17,533 nucleotides of DNA from Promethearchaeota archaeon (GCA_048939765.1 JBHLPF010000028.1:1-17533), one strand, 5' to 3'. Positions 1 through 8,380 are shown, counted from the first letter of the stretch. Numbers and translations are program-made. The notes: a model not told the origin generated them from the letters alone.

Positions 1-398
1 TCAGGTTGGCCGAATCGAGCATTTGATGACGCATATCGTATATCACAGGCCATAGCAAACTCGCACCCACCTCCAAGCGCATAGCCATTGACCGCGGCAA
101 TTGTTGGAATGCTTAAGGACTCTATGTAAGTGCATGCAGCCTGACCATTCTCAACGAAAGGCCGCACTGTCTTTGAGTCCCGCCCTGGAAATGCTGTAAT
201 GTCAGCCCCTGCAGCGAACGCCTTCTCACCCATGCCCGTGAGAATCACAGCTCGTACTTCAGGATCCTCCTCTGCTTTCTGGAAGAAGTTGCGCATTGCA
301 TTGACAACGTCTGTGTTTAGAGCATTGTATTTTTCGGGGCGATTAATAGTGATTATAGCCACACCATCTTCAACTTCATATAGAACCTCATCAGACAT
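1..398 (-). CDS. Enoyl-CoA hydratase/isomerase (crotonase) family protein, 5' part; runs off the window
   Basis: Not in the ORF track; translated by hand as MSDEVLYEVEDGVAIITINRPEKYNALN...KAFAAGADI...IAAVNGYALGGGCEFAMACDIRYASSNARFGQP(E), which has the crotonase oxyanion and catalytic Glu motifs. GGAGG lies 8 nt before ATG 398. An in-frame ATG at 413 is an alternative start. Confidence 0.93.
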   Translation of the reverse strand, partial: MSDEVLYEVEDGVAIITINRPEKYNALNTDVVNAMRNFFQKAEEDPEVRAVILTGMGEKAFAAGADITAFPGRDSKTVRPFVENGQAACTYIESLSIPTIAAVNGYALGGGCEFAMACDIRYASSNARFGQP

Positions 399-562
399 TT
401 CAGGATCCTCCATGAAACTAGTCTGTGAAGCCCCCTAGCCAAGTAATAAGCGTTGGGACCGGAATCGGCAGAAACTACCCTCTGCGTCTAATCTAGGCAA
501 GTAATGGTACTTCCGGTTCTCTTTTTACATCAAAACACATTGATTCAGCGAGGCCCCTTCAA

Positions 563-1759
563 ATGAGTAGAAAATGGCGAATAGCTTCTGAAGAGGAAAT
601 CATCTCGGGGAAAACAACTGACATCTACTTTGAGAGAGCAGTTCAAATCCTCAAAGCGGAGGGGCTCAATCCAACCGTCCATGCAGAGGTCACCGTGTCT
701 GGAATGCCCAGGGAGTTCGATTGGGGTATAGTTGCTGGCGTGAATGATTCGCTGAGGCTGTTCGAAGGAAAAGAAGTTGACATCTTTGGATTGCAAGAGG
801 GGACGTTCTTTAGGCCAAGAGGACCTAATGGTGTGAAGACGCCGGTATTCGCAATAGAAGGTCCATACCAGGAGTTCGCTACTCTTGAAACACCACTGCT
901 TGGCTTCCTCTGTCATACCTCCGGGATGGCGACGCAGACTGCTCATGTTCGAATTGCTGCTGGTGAGAAGAGCCTTCTTTCATTCGGAGCGAGGAGAACT
1001 CATCCAGCAATCACTCCACAGGTTGAATATGCTGCCTTCATTGGCGGATGCGATGGTATTTCTTGCATCCTAGGCGCAGAAATGTTAGGAGTCAATCCTC
1101 AGGGAACAATGCCGCATGCACTCATAATTGCTGCAGGTGGCCACATCAGAGCTTGGCAAGCCTACGATAGACATCTCTCAAAGGATATTCCAAGAATTGC
1201 TCTCACTGACACATATCTCGATGAAGTTGTTGAGTCTGTGATGGCTGCGGATTCGATTGACGACTTGGCAGGAGTCAGACTGGACACGACTAGCAGTAGA
1301 AGAGGAAACTTTGCACGGATCATCCAAGAAGTGCGATGGGAGCTTGATATCCGAGGGCATGAAGATGTCAAGATATACATCAGCGGGGGACTCGATGTAG
1401 CCTCAATTGAGGCATTGTATGAAGCACCGGTTGATGGTTTCGGAGTTGGAGGTGCTATTTCGAATTCGCCCGCAATTGATTTCGCAATGGACATTGTCAT
1501 GAAGCAAGAGAATGGGAAATGGACTCCTAGTGCGAAACGTGGTAAGTTTTCAGGAAGAAAGTCTGTCTGGAGATGCAGCTCATGCTTCGAGGATCGAGTC
1601 ACGCTCTCAGAAGCTCCTTCACCGACTTGCGGCTGTGGCAATAGAATGGAGAAGCTGACCAGCCAATTAATGGAAAGGGGGAAGATTCTGCAGAAAGCAT
1701 TGAGTCCAAAAGCAATCAGAGAGCACGTAATGAAACAGATAGAGAGGGTAAAGAGTTGA
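563..1759 (+). CDS. pncB: Nicotinate phosphoribosyltransferase (archaeal type, with a C-terminal CxxC...CxC Zn-ribbon-like segment)
   Basis: Motifs TDIYF, SFGARRTHP, GTMPHA (phospho-His), DTY, VRLDT, ISGGLD, DGFGVG and KRGKFSG; coupled to a nicotinamidase gene. Confidence 0.93.
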   Translation: MSRKWRIASEEEIISGKTTDIYFERAVQILKAEGLNPTVHAEVTVSGMPREFDWGIVAGVNDSLRLFEGKEVDIFGLQEGTFFRPRGPNGVKTPVFAIEGPYQEFATLETPLLGFLCHTSGMATQTAHVRIAAGEKSLLSFGARRTHPAITPQVEYAAFIGGCDGISCILGAEMLGVNPQGTMPHALIIAAGGHIRAWQAYDRHLSKDIPRIALTDTYLDEVVESVMAADSIDDLAGVRLDTTSSRRGNFARIIQEVRWELDIRGHEDVKIYISGGLDVASIEALYEAPVDGFGVGGAISNSPAIDFAMDIVMKQENGKWTPSAKRGKFSGRKSVWRCSSCFEDRVTLSEAPSPTCGCGNRMEKLTSQLMERGKILQKALSPKAIREHVMKQIERVKS

Positions 1760-2325
1760 CACTTCCCAAGCTAGATCCAGAGAACACCGCACTCATAATC
1801 ATAGACATGCTCAATGATTTTGTTGAGGAGGATGGTGCACTTGTGGTACCGATGGCCAAGGATTTGGTGCCAACACAGATGCAGATTCTCAACAAGGCAC
1901 GTCAGAAGTCCTTCACTGTTGTTTACTTGACTGACAATCACATGCCAGATGATGAGGAGTTCAAAGTCTGGCCCAAACATTCTGTTGCAGGGACACGAGG
2001 TGCTAAAGTGGTTGACGAACTGGCACCGGGTAGGGGTGAGAAAGTCATTCCGAAACGCAGGTACTCGGGCTTTTTTGGTACAGACCTTGACTTGACTCTC
2101 AGGGAAGCTGGAATTACAAATATCATTCTAATGGGAGTCTTGACTGATATATGCGTGATGTACACCTCAGCAGATGCATCAGCCAGAGGCTACAATGTCT
2201 ATGTTGTAGCGGATGGAACTGGCAGCACTGTGAAAGAGAACCATCAATTCGCTCTGCAACATATGAAGGAAGTCCACAACAGTATTGTCGTCACTGCGAA
2301 TCAGGTCTTGACCCAACTACTCTAG
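1756..2325 (+). CDS. pncA: Nicotinamidase / isochorismatase-family cysteine hydrolase
   Basis: Asp-Lys-Cys triad (IIIDMLNDF, KRRYSGFF, TDICV) and metal ligands DNH...H. The TTG start overlaps the pncB stop (TTGA). The pncA call rests on this context. Confidence 0.82.
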   Translation: MTLPKLDPENTALIIIDMLNDFVEEDGALVVPMAKDLVPTQMQILNKARQKSFTVVYLTDNHMPDDEEFKVWPKHSVAGTRGAKVVDELAPGRGEKVIPKRRYSGFFGTDLDLTLREAGITNIILMGVLTDICVMYTSADASARGYNVYVVADGTGSTVKENHQFALQHMKEVHNSIVVTANQVLTQLL

Positions 2326-2448
2326 CCTGGAAGTGCCTTGGGTCCTTCGAATATTGGCGCTTTTCTTCCTCTGCAGCATTGTGATATTCCTCAGGTTTAT
2401 TTAGCTTCAAATGCGGTCTCAGATAGTTTCCTGCCCAGAGGGAAGCAT

Positions 2449-2796
2449 ATGAGTTCAATGAGCAGACGTGCGGTATGGAAGGATTCCCTGATTGCCATGA
2501 AGACCTCACTGGCAAGTTCCTATGACATGAGCACAGCTATCGATGAGCAAAGACGATTTCTCACTGCCTGGGAAAAGGGCGATCTGGAATACATGGTCTT
2601 CTCTGATTATAGACGAAATGAGGGCAAAAGAAGACTCAGAGACGTCATGGAAGTCATCGAGAATGCAATTGTGAAGTTGGATGATTGTGACACAGTGACT
2701 GCATCGAAGGTCTACTTAGATACTCTAAAGACTGTGGCCCTCTTCTCAAAATGGGCCAAGGTTCTTGAAACCTCCTCTTTGTGGTTCAGTTCCTGA
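2449..2796 (+). CDS. Hypothetical ~115-aa alpha-helical protein
   Basis: The ORF fills the gap and reads as protein-like amphipathic helices. ATG 2449 (or 2458) is preferred to TTG 2338 because GAGGGA lies just upstream and a TATA-like TTTATTTA is at ~2396-2403. Confidence 0.65.
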   Translation: MSSMSRRAVWKDSLIAMKTSLASSYDMSTAIDEQRRFLTAWEKGDLEYMVFSDYRRNEGKRRLRDVMEVIENAIVKLDDCDTVTASKVYLDTLKTVALFSKWAKVLETSSLWFSS

Positions 2797-2811
2797 AGGA
2801 AATGGAAGACA

Positions 2812-2826
2812 AGGGCTAGGAGCCCT
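2812..2826. terminator. AGGGC-N5-GCCCT inverted repeat between convergent genes
   Basis: AGGGCT-AGG-AGCCCT, starting 16 nt after stop 2796. Confidence 0.4.
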
Positions 2827-2914
2827 CTGATATGCTATCGCATAGATAAATGGTATCAGACATTCTTACCATCAGTGTGATTCAATCCAAGTCTACTCTC
2901 CAAGGTCGACGGAT

Positions 2915-3469
2915 TCACGCATACATGCGCGAAGAAACACGGGTGATTTTGAATGTACAGCTTTTATCGCCTTTTGACATGCAGGTCTCTTCTTCTACCA
3001 TTAGTTTCCCGTACTCAGTGCTGTCGAGTTCTGAAGCATACTCGAGAACAGCCTCAATGAATCCTTTCAAGAAGTAACAGCTAAATGGTTCATCACTCTC
3101 AACCATGGCTGTATATGGGTTATCCTTAATCTCCAATATCGCCTCTTCGTCTTGCCACTTTATTTGCATCTTAGCAATCTTGATGTCACCAAACGGAACG
3201 ATGAGTCGCTCAAGAGCCATTTTTATAAACTCGATGACGCCCTTGAGATGGCCAAAAGGCTTTCGTCTTCCAATCTGGAAATACTCCTTTTGTGCTTCCA
3301 CTCCTGCCATTCGGCCAGCAGAATAGTAAATATCACGAACGTGGTCTGGGAACATCTCAGCAATTCTATTCGTGAGCTTGCTCAATACCTTAGAGAAGAA
3401 AACAGATACTATCTGCTTCTTATCGAGATGTCCTCGCCACCAAGGTATGACATCTTCTTGTTCCGACAT
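2915..3469 (-). CDS. Standalone V4R (4-vinyl reductase; H-NOX/Bet3-related fold) domain protein
   Basis: YYSAGRMAG helix and C-terminal SCYFLKGFIEA...VEEETCMSKGDKSCTFKI, the typical V4R C...E..C.......C pattern. Confidence 0.85.
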   Translation of the reverse strand: MSEQEDVIPWWRGHLDKKQIVSVFFSKVLSKLTNRIAEMFPDHVRDIYYSAGRMAGVEAQKEYFQIGRRKPFGHLKGVIEFIKMALERLIVPFGDIKIAKMQIKWQDEEAILEIKDNPYTAMVESDEPFSCYFLKGFIEAVLEYASELDSTEYGKLMVEEETCMSKGDKSCTFKITRVSSRMYA

Positions 3470-3540
3470 TTCAACTCTCTCAGGGCTGTGGGATTAATCA
3501 CCAGACTGTTGTTAAGTGCTTTGCTGAGTGTTCAGCAATA

Positions 3541-3573
3541 GAAAAAGGAGAATATGAGGGCAGGAAGCCCTCA
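3541..3573 (-). terminator. Hairpin plus pyrimidine/U tract after the thiolase-DUF35 unit
   Basis: TGAGGGC-N5-GCCCTCA stem at 3555-3573, followed on the minus strand by TATTCTCCTTTTTC. Confidence 0.6.
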
Positions 3574-3579
3574 CTTGGC

Positions 3580-3996
3580 TTATACAAGCCACTTGTATGA
3601 TATTTTCTTGTCGTCAATGTGCTCGAAACCAAGTTTCAAAGGCATACCGACCTCAGGCATACTCATCAGGTTCGTGATGTGCGCTGTCAGTCGAAGACCA
3701 GAGGGAAACTCACCGATAGCAACTACATAGGGAGCTTTTGATGAGAGACTCTCTGGGGCAAACTCCACTACTACGAAGGAACGGAGTTTCGCCTCACGTT
3801 CTGTGAACTCCTCAAACTTGCATTCACTCAAACACTTCTGGCAGTGTTGCCTCGGAGGGAGATACTCTGCACCGCACTGTGTGCAGACACTCTTCATGAT
3901 CTTGTCCTGGTCAAGAGCCTCCAAGAATTCTTGATAGAATGGTGTTACAGCTTTGTCTGAGCTGTAACCTAGATATAGTTCCTTATGCTCGGCCAT
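3580..3996 (-). CDS. DUF35-family Zn-ribbon/OB-fold protein (thiolase partner)
   Basis: CTQCGAEYLPPRQHCQKC Zn ribbon, then APYVVAIGEFPSGLRLTAHI OB fold. Its ATG overlaps the thiolase stop (TAATG). Confidence 0.92.
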   Translation of the reverse strand: MAEHKELYLGYSSDKAVTPFYQEFLEALDQDKIMKSVCTQCGAEYLPPRQHCQKCLSECKFEEFTEREAKLRSFVVVEFAPESLSSKAPYVVAIGEFPSGLRLTAHITNLMSMPEVGMPLKLGFEHIDDKKISYKWLV

Positions 3997-5162
3997 TAGA
4001 ATCCCCTCTCAAAGATAAAGACATTGACAAACTGCCCGCTTTGGCCAACATTGTGGGCAAGGCCATATTGGACATCTTTAATCTGTCTGGACTGGTTCTC
4101 TGCTTCGCCTCTCATCTGTTTCAGAATCTCGTATGTCATGGATACGCCAGTGGCACCCAGTGGGTGACCCTTGCTCTTTAGACCACCATCGCAGTTGATT
4201 GGAATGCGCCCGTCGTGGTAGACATCTTTGTTTTCTATGAGCTCTCTCCCTTTGCCAGGCTCTGCGAAACCGATGTCCTCGTAGGCAACCAACTCAGCAA
4301 TGCTGAAACAGTCGTGCACCTCAGCCATGTTTATGTCATCTGGCTTGAGTCCGGCCATATCAAAAGCCGCTTTTGATGCGCGTTTGGCTCCTGGAATTGA
4401 AGTGAGGCTCTTACGATCTTGAATCATCATGGCTGACGCGCCAGCCCCAATGCCTGTGATCCACATAGGTCTGTCAGTGAACTCTTTCACACGATCTTCA
4501 GCTGCGATAACAACTCCCGCAGCACCATCAGTGATAAGACTGCAATCGTAAAGGTTGAGAGGCCTACAGATAGGAACTGCGTTATTTGCCTCTTCCAGTG
4601 AAACCTCTTTGCCCAAATGTGCCTTCGGATTCTGAGCACCATAATGATGCGACTTCACTGAGATTTTGGAAAGGACTTCGTGGGGCAGATTATAATCTGC
4701 CATGTATCTGGAAGCCATCAGTGCATAGAATGCGGGAAAACTGATTCCAAATGGATACTCCCAGCGCATATCACCTGCTTGACTCATGTACTCGGTCGCG
4801 GTTGCAGATGACACACGATTCATCTGTTCGACTCCAAGCACAAGCATTACATCATAAAGCCCTGCGGCTACCATGCCCCATGCTGCTCTCAGTGATGCCG
4901 TGCCAGTTGTACAGGCTGATTCAACTCTAAGGTGAGGCTTATCATGTAGCCCAATATAGTCTGCAATTAGAGCTGAACCTGCTCCCTGACCAGTGAACTG
5001 AGATGCGGCATAAGAGAGTACTGAAGCATCAATCTTGTCTTGAGTGATTCCTTCATCATAGATTGGTTTGTATGCCTCTGCACACAGCTCTCTCATGGTG
5101 GCATCGTACCGCTTTCCGAATTTGCTGTGGCCGCCAGCAACGACAGCAACTTTTCTTGCCAT
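3996..5162 (-). CDS. Thiolase (acetyl-CoA acyltransferase), SCP2/SCPx archaeal type
   Basis: ESACTTG (catalytic Cys), EVHDCF, KGHPLGATG and HNVG motifs. ATG 5162 (MARKVAVV) has GGAGG upstream; the ORF-track start at 5198 lies within the TATA region. Confidence 0.95.
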   Translation of the reverse strand: MARKVAVVAGGHSKFGKRYDATMRELCAEAYKPIYDEGITQDKIDASVLSYAASQFTGQGAGSALIADYIGLHDKPHLRVESACTTGTASLRAAWGMVAAGLYDVMLVLGVEQMNRVSSATATEYMSQAGDMRWEYPFGISFPAFYALMASRYMADYNLPHEVLSKISVKSHHYGAQNPKAHLGKEVSLEEANNAVPICRPLNLYDCSLITDGAAGVVIAAEDRVKEFTDRPMWITGIGAGASAMMIQDRKSLTSIPGAKRASKAAFDMAGLKPDDINMAEVHDCFSIAELVAYEDIGFAEPGKGRELIENKDVYHDGRIPINCDGGLKSKGHPLGATGVSMTYEILKQMRGEAENQSRQIKDVQYGLAHNVGQSGQFVNVFIFERGF

Positions 5163-5186
5163 TTCTTTTCCTCCGTGCAGAACCTG

Positions 5187-5202
5187 TATATATAGCATAA
5201 AA
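5187..5202 (-). promoter_or_regulatory. TATA-box-like element(s) of the thiolase promoter
   Basis: The minus strand reads TTTTATGCTATATATA, 25-40 nt upstream of ATG 5162. Confidence 0.5.
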
Positions 5203-5240
5203 CAGGTCCTTTCAATCCGTAACTACTCGCGATTCCTAAA

Positions 5241-5285
5241 TTAAGGTAAACTTAAGGTTGACGATTAGAGGATTATTTACCTTAA
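5241..5285. repeat. Perfect 10-bp inverted repeat TTAAGGTAAA-N25-TTTACCTTAA upstream of the thiolase
   Basis: Arms at 5241-5250 and 5276-5285, with an extra TTAAGGT copy at 5252-5258. Confidence 0.6.
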
Positions 5286-5357
5286 AGGACATCATCTTGA
5301 CGATAGTGGCACCAGTCTAACCGATTAATCAATTGGTCTATCGACTAGACACTGTGC

Positions 5358-5392
5358 GAAGAAAGAGGGCGGTCCTCCCTGGTGAGAGGACC
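5358..5392 (-). terminator. Hairpin plus pyrimidine tract after the ECH gene
   Basis: GGTCCTC-N8-GAGGACC at 5371-5392, then GCCCTCTTTCTTC on the minus strand. Confidence 0.55.
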
Positions 5393-5399
5393 AATAGGT

Positions 5400-6212
5400 C
5401 TATTCGCCCGTGAATTTGCCTCGACGCTTTTCTAGGAGGGCTGAGATTCCTTCAGCCAAGTCCTTGGTCTTGAAGCAATCAACGCAAGCCTCCACTTCAT
5501 ATTTGAAGTTCTGTTCAGTTTTCTCCTCCAAAGCCAAGTGAGTTGCTTTCTTAGCGAGCGCAACCGCAATGGGAGCATTTCCTCCCACCTTTGCACCATA
5601 CCACATGGCTTGGCTGAGAAGCTCGTCCTTGGATACGACCTTGCTCACAAGTCCCATTGCTAAGGCCTCATCGGCAGTGACTTGACCACCAGTTAGAATG
5701 AGTTCCATTGCTTTTCCAAGACCAACGATTCTGGGCAGCCGTAGGCAACCACCCCAAGCCGGGAATAGTCCTAAGCTTACTTCCGGCGTTCCCATTTTGG
5801 CTTCCTTCTCGCAAATCCTGATGTCGCATGCAAGAGCGATCTCAAGACCACCTCCAAGAGCCAGTCCATTGACTGCAGCAATGGTCACCTTATCCATAGT
5901 AGCCAGTCGATTTAGGATTGCTTGACCTTGAGCTACAGTTTCTCCCACATTCGACGGGTCACTCAGCATCGTCTGAGCCATCTTCATGTCAGCACCGACG
6001 CAGTAGGCCTTATCATGATTTGATGCAATTACAATGGAACGAACATCAGGATCCTTCTCAGCTTCATCCAGAGCGGCGTTGAAATCCTCGATGAATTTAT
6101 CGTTGATTGCATTTAGTGCATCAAGTCGGTTGAACTTGATAACCGCTGTGTTCTTCACAGGAGAGAGGAAAGATCCCTCCTTGCTATAGAGCATTGTTTC
6201 GAATTCTGGCAT
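5400..6212 (-). CDS. Enoyl-CoA hydratase (crotonase)
   Basis: AYCVGADM, AAVNGLALGGGLEIALACDIR and PEVSLGLFPAWGG (both catalytic Glu present). ATG 6212 is preceded by a GGTGA SD; the ORF-track GTG at 6221 is part of that SD. Confidence 0.94.
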   Translation of the reverse strand: MPEFETMLYSKEGSFLSPVKNTAVIKFNRLDALNAINDKFIEDFNAALDEAEKDPDVRSIVIASNHDKAYCVGADMKMAQTMLSDPSNVGETVAQGQAILNRLATMDKVTIAAVNGLALGGGLEIALACDIRICEKEAKMGTPEVSLGLFPAWGGCLRLPRIVGLGKAMELILTGGQVTADEALAMGLVSKVVSKDELLSQAMWYGAKVGGNAPIAVALAKKATHLALEEKTEQNFKYEVEACVDCFKTKDLAEGISALLEKRRGKFTGE

Positions 6213-6307
6213 TTCAATCACCTTTTGAAAATCTGTGCTGTTGGGGATATGCCCTACTTAAAAATCCGCTCCTAAAAGGCTGCTTCTGTGACAATGGAGG
6301 ATATATC

Positions 6308-6339
6308 AAAAAATCAGAAGGCAGGGCGTTCAGCCCTGC
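6308..6339 (-). terminator. Hairpin plus U tract after the HADH gene
   Basis: GCAGGGC-N5-GCCCTGC at 6321-6339, followed on the minus strand by CTTCTGATTTTTT. Confidence 0.65.
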
Positions 6340-6348
6340 ATTTCAAAT

Positions 6349-7473
6349 CTACTTCAGATACTTGGGCATGCTATAGCATTCACCAAGCTCAGACTCGAGC
6401 TTCCCGATGAACTCTTTGCACCTTTCAAGTCCGTATTGGTCTGCCATCTCGAATGGACCCATTGGCCAGCTCGCTCCGAGCTTCATTCCCATGTCGATGT
6501 CCTCTCTATTGGCAATCTGCTCATCGACAAGAATCATAGCTTCTCGAATTGCAGGCATGTTGAGCCGTTCCACGATCCACTCTGCATCTGCGCCTTTTGG
6601 TGCTTCAGGTTTAGCATCATCAGCAGCATAGTCATAGAATCCTTTCTTGGATTTCATTCCTATGGCTCCCGATTCAACAAGCTTGGATAGAGTTTCAGGT
6701 GGCTTGAAGCAATCGCCAATTTCCCTATAGAGCGTCGACATAGCGTGGAAGGTGATATCCAGACCGACAAAGTCCGCTAGTGAGAATGGACCAGCTGGAG
6801 CTTTTCCTATGCTCACCATGGCAGTGTCAATCTCTTCTTTTGTTGCATCACCTCGCTCTAACATTAGGATTGCCTCGCGCATAACCGGCATGAGAAGACG
6901 GTTGACAATGAAACCAGGGCTATTCTTTGCAAAAACAGTCTGCTTGCCTTGCTTATGGCCAACTGCTTTCGCAACATTGATTGTTTCTTCACTTGTTTTC
7001 TCGCCAAGTACTATCTCTAGTAGCTTCATTGCAGGAACTGGTGAGAAATAGTGCATTCCAATGAATCTGTCAGGGCGACCAGTAGCACTCGCGAGTTCGT
7101 CAATGCTTAGAGAGGAGGTATTCGTTGCTAAGATGCAGTGCTCTGATGCAACTGCGTCAATCTTAGCAAAAACCTCCTTCTTGACTTCCATGTTCTCAAA
7201 GATGGCTTCAATGACAAGGTCTGCATCTTTCACTGCTGCTTCAGTATCAGTGCTCCCCTTGAGTCTCGACATGAGACCCTCAGCCTCAGTGATAGACATC
7301 TTGCCCTTGTCAATACCAGTCATCACGTCGGTTCGGACTTTTTCGATACCCTTGTCCACAAGGTCCTGATTGATATCAACCATGGTGACCTCGTACCCAT
7401 TCCAAGCTGACACATATGCTATGCCAGAGCCCATCAGACCAGAACCAATGACTGCGATTTTCTTGACGTCCAT
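6349..7473 (-). CDS. 3-hydroxyacyl-CoA dehydrogenase with a duplicated C-terminal 3HCDH domain
   Basis: GSGLMGSGIA Rossmann motif, EAIFENMEVK, NTSSL, GMHYFSP, PGFIVNR and GPFSLADFVGLD, then a second IVERL...IDMGMKLGASWPMGPFEMADQYGL repeat. Confidence 0.95.
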   Translation of the reverse strand: MDVKKIAVIGSGLMGSGIAYVSAWNGYEVTMVDINQDLVDKGIEKVRTDVMTGIDKGKMSITEAEGLMSRLKGSTDTEAAVKDADLVIEAIFENMEVKKEVFAKIDAVASEHCILATNTSSLSIDELASATGRPDRFIGMHYFSPVPAMKLLEIVLGEKTSEETINVAKAVGHKQGKQTVFAKNSPGFIVNRLLMPVMREAILMLERGDATKEEIDTAMVSIGKAPAGPFSLADFVGLDITFHAMSTLYREIGDCFKPPETLSKLVESGAIGMKSKKGFYDYAADDAKPEAPKGADAEWIVERLNMPAIREAMILVDEQIANREDIDMGMKLGASWPMGPFEMADQYGLERCKEFIGKLESELGECYSMPKYLK

Positions 7474-7484
7474 TGCAGAACCTC

Positions 7485-7844
7485 CTACATCGCACCCATC
7501 ATGGCTGCAAGAATTAGATTGGCCAGAAAGTCGCTCTCATGTGCGTTGCCAATGACCTCGAGAGAGCCATCTCTCATTGTGTCCTTGAAGGGCACTTCAC
7601 CTGTGAAGATACCGAGGAGTATGGATGAATTCGCCTTGTAAATCACATCGGGACTTGGATAGATGCCTTCGTGAAGGGTCATTCCTTCCTTGGTGACCAC
7701 CATATATTGGGCTCCCTCCTCAGTAAACACCTGGAGAATCTTGCCGTCATATGGGCCAATCCAATCAACGACCATCTTCTTCAGATCTTCCTTCTCATTT
7801 GTCTTTGAAGCCAGGAACTTGAAGAACTCTTGTAACTGTGACAT
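7485..7844 (-). CDS. SCP2 sterol/lipid-carrier-like domain protein
   Basis: PDVIYKANSSILLGIFTGEVPFKDTMRDGSLEVIGN matches the SCP2 C-terminal pattern. ATG 7844 has GGAGG upstream and begins 4 nt after the previous stop. Confidence 0.78.
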   Translation of the reverse strand: MSQLQEFFKFLASKTNEKEDLKKMVVDWIGPYDGKILQVFTEEGAQYMVVTKEGMTLHEGIYPSPDVIYKANSSILLGIFTGEVPFKDTMRDGSLEVIGNAHESDFLANLILAAMMGAM

Positions 7845-7848
7845 TGAA

Positions 7849-8376
7849 TCATTCCTCCTTGGCAACCCAGTCGGTTATTGCTTCCTGCATCGCGGCATCG
7901 ACACTGACTGTCCAGATATTCCCTTTCTTCTTCCTCACGGCATCAAGAAACTCGTCATATCGATCGCCATCCATTGTGACAACGACACGTCCTTGCCTAT
8001 CTTCTATAAACGCCTGATGGTACATCTTCTTCGAGGTCCAGTACTCGTGCTGGATATCGCCTTCCTTGAGGCGGGGGTAGAACGGCCACTCACCGGATGG
8101 ATGTGCACGAAACTTCTTTCCTCCAGATTTCCACTTTTTGACTAGGTCCCCAGTGGCTTCCTTGAATCCTGGTCGGAAAGGCCATTGTGGCACATAGCGG
8201 AATCCTTTCTCCCCATCCACCTCGCCTTTGGACCATCTACCAGTATAGACTCGTCCACCTTTATTGTCACAGAATTGCTCCATTACAACCTCGATGAACC
8301 CTTCAAGAGTCAACCCAGCTTCTTCAGCTCGTTCCTTCATGTTCTCTAGCGTTTCGCCTTCGAAATTGACTTCCAT
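7849..8376 (-). CDS. Hypothetical 175-aa protein, possibly with RHH-like domains at both termini and an internal WPFxP repeat
   Basis: Tightly packed in the operon (4-nt gaps) with a GGGGTGA SD. The domain assignment is my pattern inference. Confidence 0.75.
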   Translation of the reverse strand: MEVNFEGETLENMKERAEEAGLTLEGFIEVVMEQFCDNKGGRVYTGRWSKGEVDGEKGFRYVPQWPFRPGFKEATGDLVKKWKSGGKKFRAHPSGEWPFYPRLKEGDIQHEYWTSKKMYHQAFIEDRQGRVVVTMDGDRYDEFLDAVRKKKGNIWTVSVDAAMQEAITDWVAKEE

Positions 8377-8380
8377 GATA

